64,000 nucleotides of DNA, taken from the IMG/VR virus record IMGVR_UViG_3300046689_000419. One strand, 5' to 3'. The notes beneath the pieces are model-generated. The model was given only the letters and a program-made list of their open reading frames with translations. It ran no database searches and had not been told where the DNA came from. Position numbers and translations under genes: made by a program. How positions within the stretch are numbered: position 1 is the first letter of the stretch; each line of letters opens with the position of its first letter. Source of the DNA: a virus (Duplodnaviria > Heunggongvirae > Uroviricota > Caudoviricetes). Below, one piece after another: positions 28,301-37,296 of this stretch.

Positions 28301-31145
28301 CTCGCCGCAGATGCGCAAGTCGCTGCAGTTCCAGAACGACATCGCGCTGGCCTATGACGCCACCAACTCTGTCTTCGAGAAGATGCGCAAGACGGGGATG
28401 TCCTACCTGGACATCGTGAAGTCCGCCGAGAAGACCCAGGCGCAGATCGGGGTGGAGGGCGGCCCGGAGTACTCCCGCGCCGCGGCGCTGTCCCAGAAGG
28501 CCGAGTACGCCATCCAGATGCAGGCCCCGCAGATGGGCCGGATCGGTGCCGTGCAGTCCCAACTGGCGCTCACCCAGGCGGTGCTGGCCACCAAGCCGAA
28601 GACCGACACCGACGCCGCCGAGCGGGAGGCGCAGAAGCAGGCCGCCGCCTCGGCGATCGCCGACCAGGACCAGTACTTCCGGTCGATGATCCTGGCCCAG
28701 CGGGCCTACGAGCGGAGCCGGGTCCGGGCCCAGGAGGACTTCAGCCTGCAGCGCCAGTACCAGGAGTACGACTACAACATGTCTCGGACCCGGGCCGAGG
28801 AGAACTTCAACCGGATGCGGGCCCGGGCGATCGCGGACTATCACCGCAGCGTGACCAGGGCCTGGTCGGACTTCAACCTGCAGCGCAAGCGCCAGGAGCA
28901 GGACTACCAGCACCAGATCGAGGTGACTGCCCAGCAGCGGGCGATCTCGATGAACCTCTACCAGCGTCCGGAGACCCAGCGCACCTCGAGCGCCACCTGG
29001 CTGCTGTCGAACACCAGCAAGATCCTCTCCAACCTGCGCACCCAGAAGCAGCACCTCAACGAGCTGCGCAAGCTGGGCTTCTCCGACGCGGTGATCCAGC
29101 AGCTGCAGCTCACCGACCCGAACAACGCCCAGGAGCTGGCCCGGTTCGTCGCCGAGGTGCGCACCGACCGGACGATGGTGGGCAGGTTCAACCGGGTGGC
29201 CGGCCAGCTGTCCAGGGCGTCCCGAGCGCTGGTCACCGACTCCTCCAGCCTGGACTTCAAGGAGATGCAGCGCAGCTTCCTGCAGGGCCGGGACCGCGGG
29301 ATGGCGGACATGAACCGGTCGATGGACCGCCAGCACGCGGACTTCTGGCGCGGCCTGGGCCAGCAGCGCACCGACTTCAACATCATGATGGACCAGCAGG
29401 CCCAGGACTACGAGAACCAGAACAACCGCCAGCTCAAGCAGTACCAGACCTCGATGCACCGGTCCGCGCAGGACATGGCGCACATGGCCGATGAGGTCAC
29501 CGGGTCGATCACCGACGTGCTGGTCACCGCGCACGAGGAACTGACCGGCAGCGCCAAGAAGCAGGCCGGGCTGGCCCTGAAGTCCTTCCAGGACCTGCGC
29601 AAGTCCACCAAGCCCGAGGCCGTCGCGCTGATGCGCGAGCTCAGTCAGATCTTCGGCTTCGAGTACACCAACCCGCTGAAGGGCCACGGTCCCGCCCCGA
29701 TCCCGAGCGCCTCGAACGCGCACAGCGGGCGCACCGCAGGCGGGGTGAGCCGGTTCGACGCCGCGCACCCAGGGATGGCCCAAGGTGGCGTGGTGCCGGG
29801 CTGGAGCCCGGGCCGAGACGACAAGATGGTGCCGGTCTCCGGTGGCGAGGCAGTGATGCGCCCGGAGTGGGCGCGGCGGGTCGGCAAAGTCGCCATCGAC
29901 GCGATGAACCACGCCGCCGCGCATGGCGGGTACGCCAAGGGTGGCATCGTCTGGCCGCTGCCCTCCTCGAACTGGTCCACCTACCCGGGCCACGACGGCA
30001 TCGACCTGAACGCGCCGAACGACCTGGGCAAGCCGTTCTACGCCGCGGCACCCGGACGGATCTCCTACACCGGCTGGGGGCACGGCTACGGCGACGCGAT
30101 CTTCGAGACCGGGCCGTACGGCACCCTGGTCTACGGGCACGGCTCGAAGGTGGCGGTGCACGCCGGTCAGCGGGTCACCGCCGGCCAGTACATCGGCAAC
30201 GTGGGCAGCACCGGGCACTCCACCGGCCCGCACCTGCACATCGGCTTCCCGGGTGGCACCTCGGGGGAGATCCTGTCCTTCCTGCACGGGGCCGGACACA
30301 CCGGCTACGGGGCCGCCGCACCGCTCGGCGGGCTGATCGACCCGCTGGCGCTGACCGGGGTGCTCAAGGACCGCTACCCGCAGGCGGAGAAGGCCGCCTA
30401 CAACATGGACGGGGTGCACCCGCTGAACCCGGGGATGATCTCGGCGATCATCAACCGGCTGGGTCGGCGGGTGGCCGCCAAGTACGCCCGGCGCGCTGCG
30501 CCCGGTGGGGTGAACGTGGTGAACCTCGGCAACGAGCCGGCCAGCAACCTGACCAACGAGGGCATCGTGCACGTCGGCGCGAACCGGCTGGGCTGGGGCG
30601 ACCAGTGGCCAAGCCTGCGCCAGCTGGTGATGCACGAGTCCGGGTTCAATAACCTGGCCCAGAACCCGTCCAGCACGGCGTTCGGGATGTTCCAGTTCCT
30701 GAACTCGACCTGGGCCGGGGTGCACGGGCACAAGACCGCGGACCCCTGGAAGCAGACCCAGTACGGCCTGCAGTACATCAAGGACCGGTACGGCAACCCG
30801 GCGCACGCCTGGGACATGTGGCAGTCCCGGTCCCCGCACTGGTACGCCGACGGTGCGGTGTTCAACAGCCCCCGGCAGATCGGCGTCGGCGAGGGCGGCC
30901 CGGAGGCGGTGATCCCGCTGAACCAGAAGGGTGGGGAGTTCCTGGCCCGCTCGATCGGGCTGGACAGCGCGCCGATGGCCGGCGGCTCGGTGAGCGTGGC
31001 GAACTACCGGATCGACCGGTCCACCAACTTCACCGGCCCGATCACCGTGCAGGCCAACGACCCGAACGAGCTGCTGGCCAAGCTGCAGGCCCGTCAGCGA
31101 GTCCGCGCGCTGACCAAGCCGGCCCTGTCAGGATCAGCAGCATGA
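25362..31145 (+). CDS. Tape measure protein with embedded M23 peptidase and lytic transglycosylase domains
   Basis: 1927 aa, Ala/Gln-rich helical repeats; 'HGYGDAIFE...GSTGHSTGPHLHIGF' (M23) and 'MHESGFNNLAQNPSSTAFGMFQFL' (transglycosylase) motifs. Confidence 0.9.
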   Translation: MTSQPVEANVVLTADNSGYDQAMAASSQATTTLMSSVDALTAKIGKLTKTAGKSLIGIAAGDVAMITGATAAWSSYEKQMERLKSQAAVLGRSTDQQNKLMKDYSNTVKGLRSEFGTTTTEAAKLAETLSKVTNVRQSRDLGELSKVFIQMSKATGESSEGLASSLTNLEKIMGTPVNAQNSRKYADTFTHLAAQTNVSAQGLMDFTATLAPVAKSLGMNTKQVAGFATAFTQAGQDTGAASLMFTKVSRDMLRSLQSGSPELATYANIVGTTTENFKKLAKSDASEAVIRVFEALSRNTKTASADIERLGLDGPRTIRAIAGLTNQPGGIRAAAGLVNDPSATGSVERGYKATLSGLSNQFDELREDLKQTAEAFATILGPAMEGFLAGLEKAASIMQSVVQGPIGKFLQVVMGLVAPLAGGAGALLLFAGALVKVAGAFLLLKNSMTRGLVEGFQGKAGIIRSPEGVYMARGGGTLGKTGANLVRGTDPNLPREEQSSWVQRGLYNIGQFGGSGLSAFRSGGAVPEHWYEAREALSSKIPWTQQYARPDAPRSALSAVSRGAGALIENFVTPTFDQMRHAGPSQRRTWAAQEAPWVRAGDAMEMGAGRVKLIPGLAAAMGRVGMADTRLQAQREETTRVHQDPLMDEQSRQARLTELRGMREETMQRKNAALAQETAIRQEIAQRGESARVTAEANRETKTFGQAMRGLGGAVGGSLLTGGKDVARLAWRSGMVGQAGAMGAAVAGGAMGSNMLMMGGTGAMIGSMIPGVGTALGGAVGATAGLAMDAAKANNDVTDSIKELNQQATDAGKSGSGLAALAEATDQSKKKFQDYNKSMTALRQPGLSPLQSITTGYGQAKNFVEGLLGDSDVEEQAKKLNVTADKARNVADAFRDLAKAGGVKLTGSATAQRQQLDEFMASRGLPALGQANIELPDLIAARAKGGPQYQDMLDKAITPGKATGMWDRMRTTQVGAAMLDSPQMRKSLQFQNDIALAYDATNSVFEKMRKTGMSYLDIVKSAEKTQAQIGVEGGPEYSRAAALSQKAEYAIQMQAPQMGRIGAVQSQLALTQAVLATKPKTDTDAAEREAQKQAAASAIADQDQYFRSMILAQRAYERSRVRAQEDFSLQRQYQEYDYNMSRTRAEENFNRMRARAIADYHRSVTRAWSDFNLQRKRQEQDYQHQIEVTAQQRAISMNLYQRPETQRTSSATWLLSNTSKILSNLRTQKQHLNELRKLGFSDAVIQQLQLTDPNNAQELARFVAEVRTDRTMVGRFNRVAGQLSRASRALVTDSSSLDFKEMQRSFLQGRDRGMADMNRSMDRQHADFWRGLGQQRTDFNIMMDQQAQDYENQNNRQLKQYQTSMHRSAQDMAHMADEVTGSITDVLVTAHEELTGSAKKQAGLALKSFQDLRKSTKPEAVALMRELSQIFGFEYTNPLKGHGPAPIPSASNAHSGRTAGGVSRFDAAHPGMAQGGVVPGWSPGRDDKMVPVSGGEAVMRPEWARRVGKVAIDAMNHAAAHGGYAKGGIVWPLPSSNWSTYPGHDGIDLNAPNDLGKPFYAAAPGRISYTGWGHGYGDAIFETGPYGTLVYGHGSKVAVHAGQRVTAGQYIGNVGSTGHSTGPHLHIGFPGGTSGEILSFLHGAGHTGYGAAAPLGGLIDPLALTGVLKDRYPQAEKAAYNMDGVHPLNPGMISAIINRLGRRVAAKYARRAAPGGVNVVNLGNEPASNLTNEGIVHVGANRLGWGDQWPSLRQLVMHESGFNNLAQNPSSTAFGMFQFLNSTWAGVHGHKTADPWKQTQYGLQYIKDRYGNPAHAWDMWQSRSPHWYADGAVFNSPRQIGVGEGGPEAVIPLNQKGGEFLARSIGLDSAPMAGGSVSVANYRIDRSTNFTGPITVQANDPNELLAKLQARQRVRALTKPALSGSAA

Positions 31146-31621
31146 GCACCCGGACCAGACCGTTCGTCAGTCAGCCGAAGCCCGGCCTGGACTACCTGGC
31201 GGTGGAGATCTCCTACGGCAGCAGGTGGGTGAACCTGAACGACGGGGAGACCTACAAGATCTCCGCGGACGCGACCCGGGAGACCACCACCAAGTCCTGG
31301 CGCAAGACGGTCTCGGACTCCCCGGTGCTGGGCGGCAACTACCTGGTGCACGCGGTGCCGGACATGGTGACCGAGACGATCGGGGTCTGGGTCTACGGCC
31401 AGGACCAGGCCGAGGTGGCCGACAACCTGTTCGGCCTGGAGACGCTCTTCGAGCAGTACGACTACCGGATCCGGTGGACCACCGATGACTACCGGGAGTA
31501 CTGGCGCTGCCAGCTCGCCGAGGCCTCGATGAGCCGGGGCCAGGTCTGGACGCACAGCCGGATGGCCGCCGCGCACTTCGCGGTGCCGCGCTACCCGGAC
31601 GTGACCCGGGAGCGGATCTGA
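31142..31621 (+). CDS. Distal tail protein (Dit-like)
   Basis: ATGA overlap with the tape-measure stop; 159 aa in the Dit position. Confidence 0.5.
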   Translation: MSTRTRPFVSQPKPGLDYLAVEISYGSRWVNLNDGETYKISADATRETTTKSWRKTVSDSPVLGGNYLVHAVPDMVTETIGVWVYGQDQAEVADNLFGLETLFEQYDYRIRWTTDDYREYWRCQLAEASMSRGQVWTHSRMAAAHFAVPRYPDVTRERI

Positions 31622-32079
31622 TGGCCGGCCGGTTGACCATCTGGGGTGCCGGCGAGGTGCTGACCGCGTTCTTCGGCAACAGCGAGGGCGGCCGACCGGC
31701 CCCCGGCTCGTTCTACCTGGCCCTGGTCCGGACCATCGCGCCCACCCCGTACATGTCCGGGGCGGAGATCGATGAGCCGGCCGCCGCCGACTACGCCCGG
31801 GTGCAGATCGAGAACGACACCTTCAACTGGGCCAACGCCTCGGCCCCGCAGCAGATCTCCAACCTGCTCACCGCCAGCTTCGCGACCGCGATCACCGACT
31901 GGGGCGAGTGCCGGTACTGGGCGCTGTGCAACGCCCCGGTGGACGGCTTCAACTACCTGGTCGGCGAGCTGGAGACCCCGCTACTGGTCCAGACCGGGGA
32001 CACCATTCAGGTGGCCGAGGGCGACCTGGGCGTCTCGCTGGGCCCGTTCTTCTCCGCCGACGAGGAGGACGACGCCTGA
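31621..32079 (+). CDS. Minor tail protein
   Basis: ATGA-coupled; 152 aa. Confidence 0.5.
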   Translation: MAGRLTIWGAGEVLTAFFGNSEGGRPAPGSFYLALVRTIAPTPYMSGAEIDEPAAADYARVQIENDTFNWANASAPQQISNLLTASFATAITDWGECRYWALCNAPVDGFNYLVGELETPLLVQTGDTIQVAEGDLGVSLGPFFSADEEDDA

Positions 32080-33062
32080 TGGTGGTCAAGCAGATGAAGC
32101 CCGGCTCCACCGCGATCACCGCCCGGGCGATCACCAAGGCCGGGGTGGTGCCGGCACAGATCCGGGTGCTGCCCGGTGGGCTGTATCCGCTGCACTCGGC
32201 GGCCTTCGAGATGGACGAGTACCGGATCATGGCCGGCTGGCCGGTGCCGGTGCCCGCCTACGACATCCGCACCGACACCATGATGACCGCGGACGGCACG
32301 GTGCTCGCGGACCGGGACCGGCCCACCTCGCTGACCACCGGGGCCACCTTCCGCTGGGTCGCCGACGACAGCTACTACGACCCGACCGCGCTGGCCTGGG
32401 CCCCGATCCAGGGCGAGGTCTCGCCGTGGCTGGCGATGCCGGGCAGCGACCCGAGTCTGGTCACCGACTACGAGTACCGGGTCGGCGACGAGCGGTTCAC
32501 CGAGATGACCTGCCTGAACTTCGACTCGGACACCGCCGACTACCTGAGCAACGACCTGACCCTGATGATGGGCGGCTCGAACGGCTACACGGTGATCATG
32601 GTGGTCAGCCCGAACTCGGTCTACGGCAACAATGTGGACGTGCCAAGCAACGGGCTGTGGGGCCCGATGACCGCCATCGGCTCGCCGCCGGGCTGGTTCA
32701 GCGTGAAGATCGCCGGCAACTACCTGTGGTTGAGCACCGAGGACGCCACCGACCAGCGCGGGGTCTCGATCGGGGTCGGCCAGCGCACTACCGCGCCGAT
32801 GTTCCTGGCCCTGGTCCTGGGCCGCCCTGTGGCGTCCCTGTACGCCGCCTCCGGGCCTTCCAGCATGCTGACCAGGCAGATCCCCACCGGAGCGGACTCG
32901 AGGCCGCTGAGGGCCGATTTCTGGCTCGGCCGCACTCCGCTCTCCAACGCCACCGCGGACATGGCGCTGTTCGAGCTGGGCATCTACGGGGACATGCTCT
33001 CGGCCACCCAGGTGGCCAACGAGTTCGCGCTGCTCTCCAGCGCCTACGGCGGGGACACCTGA
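32079..33062 (+). CDS. Minor tail protein
   Basis: ATGA-coupled; 327 aa. Confidence 0.5.
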   Translation: MVVKQMKPGSTAITARAITKAGVVPAQIRVLPGGLYPLHSAAFEMDEYRIMAGWPVPVPAYDIRTDTMMTADGTVLADRDRPTSLTTGATFRWVADDSYYDPTALAWAPIQGEVSPWLAMPGSDPSLVTDYEYRVGDERFTEMTCLNFDSDTADYLSNDLTLMMGGSNGYTVIMVVSPNSVYGNNVDVPSNGLWGPMTAIGSPPGWFSVKIAGNYLWLSTEDATDQRGVSIGVGQRTTAPMFLALVLGRPVASLYAASGPSSMLTRQIPTGADSRPLRADFWLGRTPLSNATADMALFELGIYGDMLSATQVANEFALLSSAYGGDT

Positions 33063-35329
33063 TGGCCTCGCTGTCCGCCTACGCCTCCGAGCAGGAGCCG
33101 CTGGGCTACTTCCGGATCTTCGCCACCCCGCCCGGTGGCTACCGCCGGGAGATCACCATCGTGCGGGGTGCGCCGATCAAGCTGGGCACGGTGACCACCC
33201 AGGACCCGTTCACCGAGGGCACCGCGCAGATCGCACTGCCCCAGGTCACCGTCTTCGACCACCTCGGTGAGGGCGACCTGGACTGGCTGGTGGCCGAGGC
33301 GGACATCGACATCGTGTTCCAGCCCACCGGGGCCTACGACTTCGACTGGCGCTGGGAGGGCTACATCGCCTCCTTCTCGCTGTCCCTGACCGGCAGCGAG
33401 TCCAGCGTGAGCATCGACTGCAAGGGGGCCTTCTTCGGGCTGGACGACTTCCTGGCCATCCCATCCTTCCCGCGCCGGCCGATCCCCTACGAGATCCTGA
33501 TCGCCCGGGCCTTCGACCAGGACCTGCACCCGGCCCGGCTGGGCAACTTCCGGATGGTGTTCCCGTCCTGGTGGTCGATGCGGGTCCCGGAGTTCAACGA
33601 CCCGACCTACCTGAGCGCGCTCAAGCCGTACGGGGTAAGCACCGGCCAGCTCTGGACCGGGTTCACCTCGCGGTCCACCGGGTCCTGGGAGCCGGTGCTG
33701 TCCGGGCACGTGGTGACCATGTTGCAGTCCATGTACGCCAGCGGTGGGGCCCAGTGGAGCATCCGGAACCGCGGCCAGCGCCGCGGCGAGCTGTACCTGC
33801 GGACTATCCCGGACAGCAACGACGACTCGATCATCGAGATCTACCTGGGCGCGCCCGGGGTCGGCTTCGAGGGCACCCGGGACTACACCCAGCGGGCCGG
33901 GGTGATCTACGGCCAGGGCGCGGACGAGGCCGGGATCACCTACAACGGGATGGAGACCACCCCGGACGGCCGGCAGACCTACTTCAAGCCGTTCGCCTAC
34001 TCGGCCCGGCAGTGGCCGCGCCGGAAGAACCCGATGTACGACAAGCGGGTCAAGCCCAAGGAGACTCTGATCTCCTTCCAGCAGGGTGTGGACGAGATCA
34101 GCGCGATGAAGATCGCCCAGGCCAACTACCAGCGGCTGGCCGAGCCGGGCACCACCGGCAGCGTCACCCTGCTCACCGACCCGCGGTTCTCGGACGGCTC
34201 GCTGTGCCCGCGGATGATGATCAAGGCCGGGACGACCATTCGGCTGAACGGGCTGAACGGGGTCAAGGAGGGGGTGCTGGCGCACGTCACCTCCACCTCG
34301 GTGGACTTCCAGGGGCTGAGCACCACGCTGAGCTACGACACCAAGTACCGCGACCAGCTGACCGTGGAGGAGGTCAAGGCCCGGACCCGGGACTCCCTGG
34401 ACCCGGTGCGCTGGCTGCAGGTGAACAAGTACTCGAACACCATCCAGGACCTGATCATCCCGTGGTCCTACAAGCACGGCTCCGGGATCATCCCGACCCC
34501 GGCCAAGGAGTTCTTCCAGGAAGTGCTGCCCTCCACCGCGCAGTTCCCCTACGAGGAGTGGACCCGCAAGCACCCGCCGAAGAACGCCGACTCGGCCCCC
34601 TGGTACATCCGGATCGGGCCGACCAACGTCAACGACTCGAACAAGAACTGGTCCGGGGTGATCCGGGACGGGAAGATGACGATGGCCATCCCGATCCGGA
34701 TGGGCCAGGCCGGGACGATCCGGCTCACCCAGCTCGCCGCCTACGACCGGGACGGCAACGTGCTGCCGGTGAAGTTCCACTTCTCGCTCTACTACGGCAA
34801 CGGGGTGGCCGCGGATGGGATGCCGAAGTTCCCGAACCCGATGCCCGGGGAGGCCGGCTACAACCCGACCGACCCGGACAAGGCCCCGCCGCCGTGGCTG
34901 AAGGCCCGCAACGTGGCCGGGGTGGTGATCCCCACGCACTACAAGGCCTACCAGTCCAACCCGTTCTACAAGGGGGCCTGGGAGAACGTGATGGAGGACG
35001 GCCGGGCGTTCCCGTGGAGCCCGGACGCCAACATCCCCACCCAGGGGGCCGAACTGGTGGTCGGCTGGGGCAACTACTACGAGCCGGCCGGCTACTCCCC
35101 GGGCCGGGCCAGCAAGGGAGCCGCCCGGACCGGGCTGCTCGAGGACGCCACTACCTGGGGCTGGGACGTGGCCGGCAAGCAGAACATCGACTTCCAGAAC
35201 CCGAGCAACAACGTGAACGAGGAGTACGTCGGGATGCTGTTCGTGCAGATCTTCTGCGACGACCAGGACGACCAGCCGGTGTTCTTCATGGGCCGGCTGC
35301 TGCGCAGCGACCCCGGGCAGACCAACTGA
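33062..35329 (+). CDS. Minor tail protein (Tal / baseplate hub-like)
   Basis: 755 aa, ATGA-coupled, the largest protein after the tape measure. Confidence 0.55.
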   Translation: MASLSAYASEQEPLGYFRIFATPPGGYRREITIVRGAPIKLGTVTTQDPFTEGTAQIALPQVTVFDHLGEGDLDWLVAEADIDIVFQPTGAYDFDWRWEGYIASFSLSLTGSESSVSIDCKGAFFGLDDFLAIPSFPRRPIPYEILIARAFDQDLHPARLGNFRMVFPSWWSMRVPEFNDPTYLSALKPYGVSTGQLWTGFTSRSTGSWEPVLSGHVVTMLQSMYASGGAQWSIRNRGQRRGELYLRTIPDSNDDSIIEIYLGAPGVGFEGTRDYTQRAGVIYGQGADEAGITYNGMETTPDGRQTYFKPFAYSARQWPRRKNPMYDKRVKPKETLISFQQGVDEISAMKIAQANYQRLAEPGTTGSVTLLTDPRFSDGSLCPRMMIKAGTTIRLNGLNGVKEGVLAHVTSTSVDFQGLSTTLSYDTKYRDQLTVEEVKARTRDSLDPVRWLQVNKYSNTIQDLIIPWSYKHGSGIIPTPAKEFFQEVLPSTAQFPYEEWTRKHPPKNADSAPWYIRIGPTNVNDSNKNWSGVIRDGKMTMAIPIRMGQAGTIRLTQLAAYDRDGNVLPVKFHFSLYYGNGVAADGMPKFPNPMPGEAGYNPTDPDKAPPPWLKARNVAGVVIPTHYKAYQSNPFYKGAWENVMEDGRAFPWSPDANIPTQGAELVVGWGNYYEPAGYSPGRASKGAARTGLLEDATTWGWDVAGKQNIDFQNPSNNVNEEYVGMLFVQIFCDDQDDQPVFFMGRLLRSDPGQTN

Positions 35330-35339
35330 AGGAGGAGCC

Positions 35340-35702
35340 GTGGACGGCACCATCACCGACGGCCAGGTGCACCTGTGGCTGCAGGACATCGCCGACTCCG
35401 GCTGGGTCAGCCTGCACTTCGACACCCCGGCGCTGGGCGGGATCGACAAGGCGGAGATCGCCGGCGGCGGCTACCAGCGGTTCAAGATGGCCTGGTCGAA
35501 CCCGGCCAACCGGGCGATCTGGTCGATGGTCGATGCCCGGTTCACCGGGCTGGTGCAGACCAAGGTCACCTACTTCGGGATCTGGAACACCAAGAACCTG
35601 GGCCGGCTGATGGCCTACACCGAGCTGGCCTCCCCGGTGGCGATCCTGAACGGCAAGGGCTTCGTGATCCCGGCCGGGCAGATCGCGGTCAGCATGGGCT
35701 AG
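35340..35702 (+). CDS. Hypothetical tail-associated protein
   Basis: GTG start with RBS AAGGAGGAG; 120 aa; last gene of the rightward operon. Confidence 0.45.
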   Translation: MDGTITDGQVHLWLQDIADSGWVSLHFDTPALGGIDKAEIAGGGYQRFKMAWSNPANRAIWSMVDARFTGLVQTKVTYFGIWNTKNLGRLMAYTELASPVAILNGKGFVIPAGQIAVSMG

Positions 35703-35743
35703 TCACTCCATTCACTTCTGTCACATCGAGGGCAAATAAAAAA

Positions 35744-35785
35744 GACCCGGTAGCCCCCTGCCCGTGAAGGCAGGGGGCGCGGGTC
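35744..35785 (-). terminator. Rho-independent terminator of the leftward operon (convergence point)
   Basis: GC stem ccccctgcc/ggcaggggg with outer extension gacccg/cgggtc; on the minus strand it is followed directly by TTTTTTATTT. Confidence 0.55.
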
Positions 35786-35885
35786 AGGCGAGATCGATCT
35801 GTGGTCGTACCAGGACGTGCAGCACGGCCTCGGCCATCTTGCCGAGCAGTGCGACTCGCCAGAGCCAGACGAAGAGCTTTGCCAT
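35784..35885 (-). CDS. Hydrophobic micro-protein (33 aa, MAKLFVWLWRVALLGKMAEAVLHVLVRPQIDLA)
   Basis: Strong RBS GAGAGGAGGGGG 6 nt upstream; stop overlaps the terminator stem. Confidence 0.35.
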   Translation of the reverse strand: MAKLFVWLWRVALLGKMAEAVLHVLVRPQIDLA

Positions 35886-36062
35886 TTGGATCCCCCTCCT
35901 CTCAGGTCTCGATCCACCGGCCGGGCCCGCCCCAGACAGGGAGGAAAGGGGCGGGCCCGACGGCTGAGGGATACGGACCAGGCCCCCCGGCGCTGGTTCG
36001 CATCGACCCGTGACACCGGACCAGGACCCCGCTGGGGGTCGCATGGTCCGGGAGACAGGAGA

Positions 36063-36944
36063 CTAGGACACCTCGGGCATGTGGTCGATGCCAGGCCGGT
36101 GCCGGACCGACTTGCGGGGCCGGTCCTCGGCGTAGTCGTTCCAGGCCCGGATTCCGTTGGCCATCGCCACCGTCGGCCGGTAGGTGCCGGAGATCGACTT
36201 GTAGCCGCCCTCGGCGATCAGCCACTGACGGTAGGCCCGGATCGAGCTGGTGGCGTTCAGGTTCACCCCGTCCGCCAGTCGGGCGATGAACTCGGCCTGG
36301 GTGTCGGGTCCGTGCTTGGTGTAGATCGCGATGACCGAGACCAGCGCACAGGCCGTGGTGCGCAGCCCGTACCGGCCGATCTCGTGGCTGATCACGTAGC
36401 CGGGCCGCAGCGCGTCCTGGATCGCCTTGCCGAGCTCCGGGTTGGCCAGCGCGATCAGCACGTCGGCGGTGGTCATCGAGGCGGTCACCGAGCCGAGCGT
36501 GGAGTTGGTGCCGACTATCTCCGGGTAGGCCAGCACCTGACGGGTGGAGGCGGCCAGCACGTTCACGTCGGTGTAGCCGGCGATCCGCAGGCTGTCACCC
36601 GGCGATCTGGCCCGGCCGGTGTCGATCACCCCGAAGGTCTCCGGGTCGGCGTCGAAGGCGACCAGACAGGTGACGTGTTTTCGCTGCGCGGCGATCGCGG
36701 TCAGCCGGTGCCGGCCGTCCAGCACGAAACCGGTGGAGTCCAAGGCGATGCCCTGGTGGGTGGTCTTCCACTCGCCGGTCTCGATGGCGTGCAGGATCTT
36801 GGCGACGTTGCGCTGGTTGATCACGCGCTGGGCACGCTCCGGAGAGACCGCCAGCCACTCTCGGGCCATGGCCGGGGTGATCTTGACCTCCTCGACGTGC
36901 ATGGGCGGCTGCTTGCCGCTGGGTGTGTTGGTCATCGTGCTCAT
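36063..36944 (-). CDS. ParB-like nuclease domain protein
   Basis: 'FVLDGRHRLTA' matches the ParB/Srx DGxHR motif; 293 aa. Confidence 0.65.
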   Translation of the reverse strand: MSTMTNTPSGKQPPMHVEEVKITPAMAREWLAVSPERAQRVINQRNVAKILHAIETGEWKTTHQGIALDSTGFVLDGRHRLTAIAAQRKHVTCLVAFDADPETFGVIDTGRARSPGDSLRIAGYTDVNVLAASTRQVLAYPEIVGTNSTLGSVTASMTTADVLIALANPELGKAIQDALRPGYVISHEIGRYGLRTTACALVSVIAIYTKHGPDTQAEFIARLADGVNLNATSSIRAYRQWLIAEGGYKSISGTYRPTVAMANGIRAWNDYAEDRPRKSVRHRPGIDHMPEVS

Positions 36945-37222
36945 TCCTTCTGTGGTGTGGTGGACAGGAACTCCAGGAACTGCCCGATCACAATGGGACT
37001 CATCCAGATCGGGATCCTGGTGTTGCTGGCCTGGTCGGTTCGGCCGCCGACGAACATCAGCACGGCCAGGTTCACGATGTCGGCCTCGTCACCGGTGATG
37101 ACGAGCTCGTTGGTGGTGATGTACTCGCGAACCAGTTCGGCCAGCCGCTCTTCCTCGGCCGGCGTCACGTTGGTGCCGGCAGCGGTGATCGCCTCGGCGG
37201 TGAAAACCTCTTCGAGGTCCAA
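36941..37222 (-). CDS. Hypothetical protein
   Basis: 93 aa, coupled to neighbours. Confidence 0.45.
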   Translation of the reverse strand: MDLEEVFTAEAITAAGTNVTPAEEERLAELVREYITTNELVITGDEADIVNLAVLMFVGGRTDQASNTRIPIWMSPIVIGQFLEFLSTTPQKE

Positions 37223-37296
37223 GGGGTATCCCTTCCGGAGGCCCGGGGGAGGCGTTCCTACCCGCCTCCCCCGGGGGTTTGGTGGTGCCGGAACTG

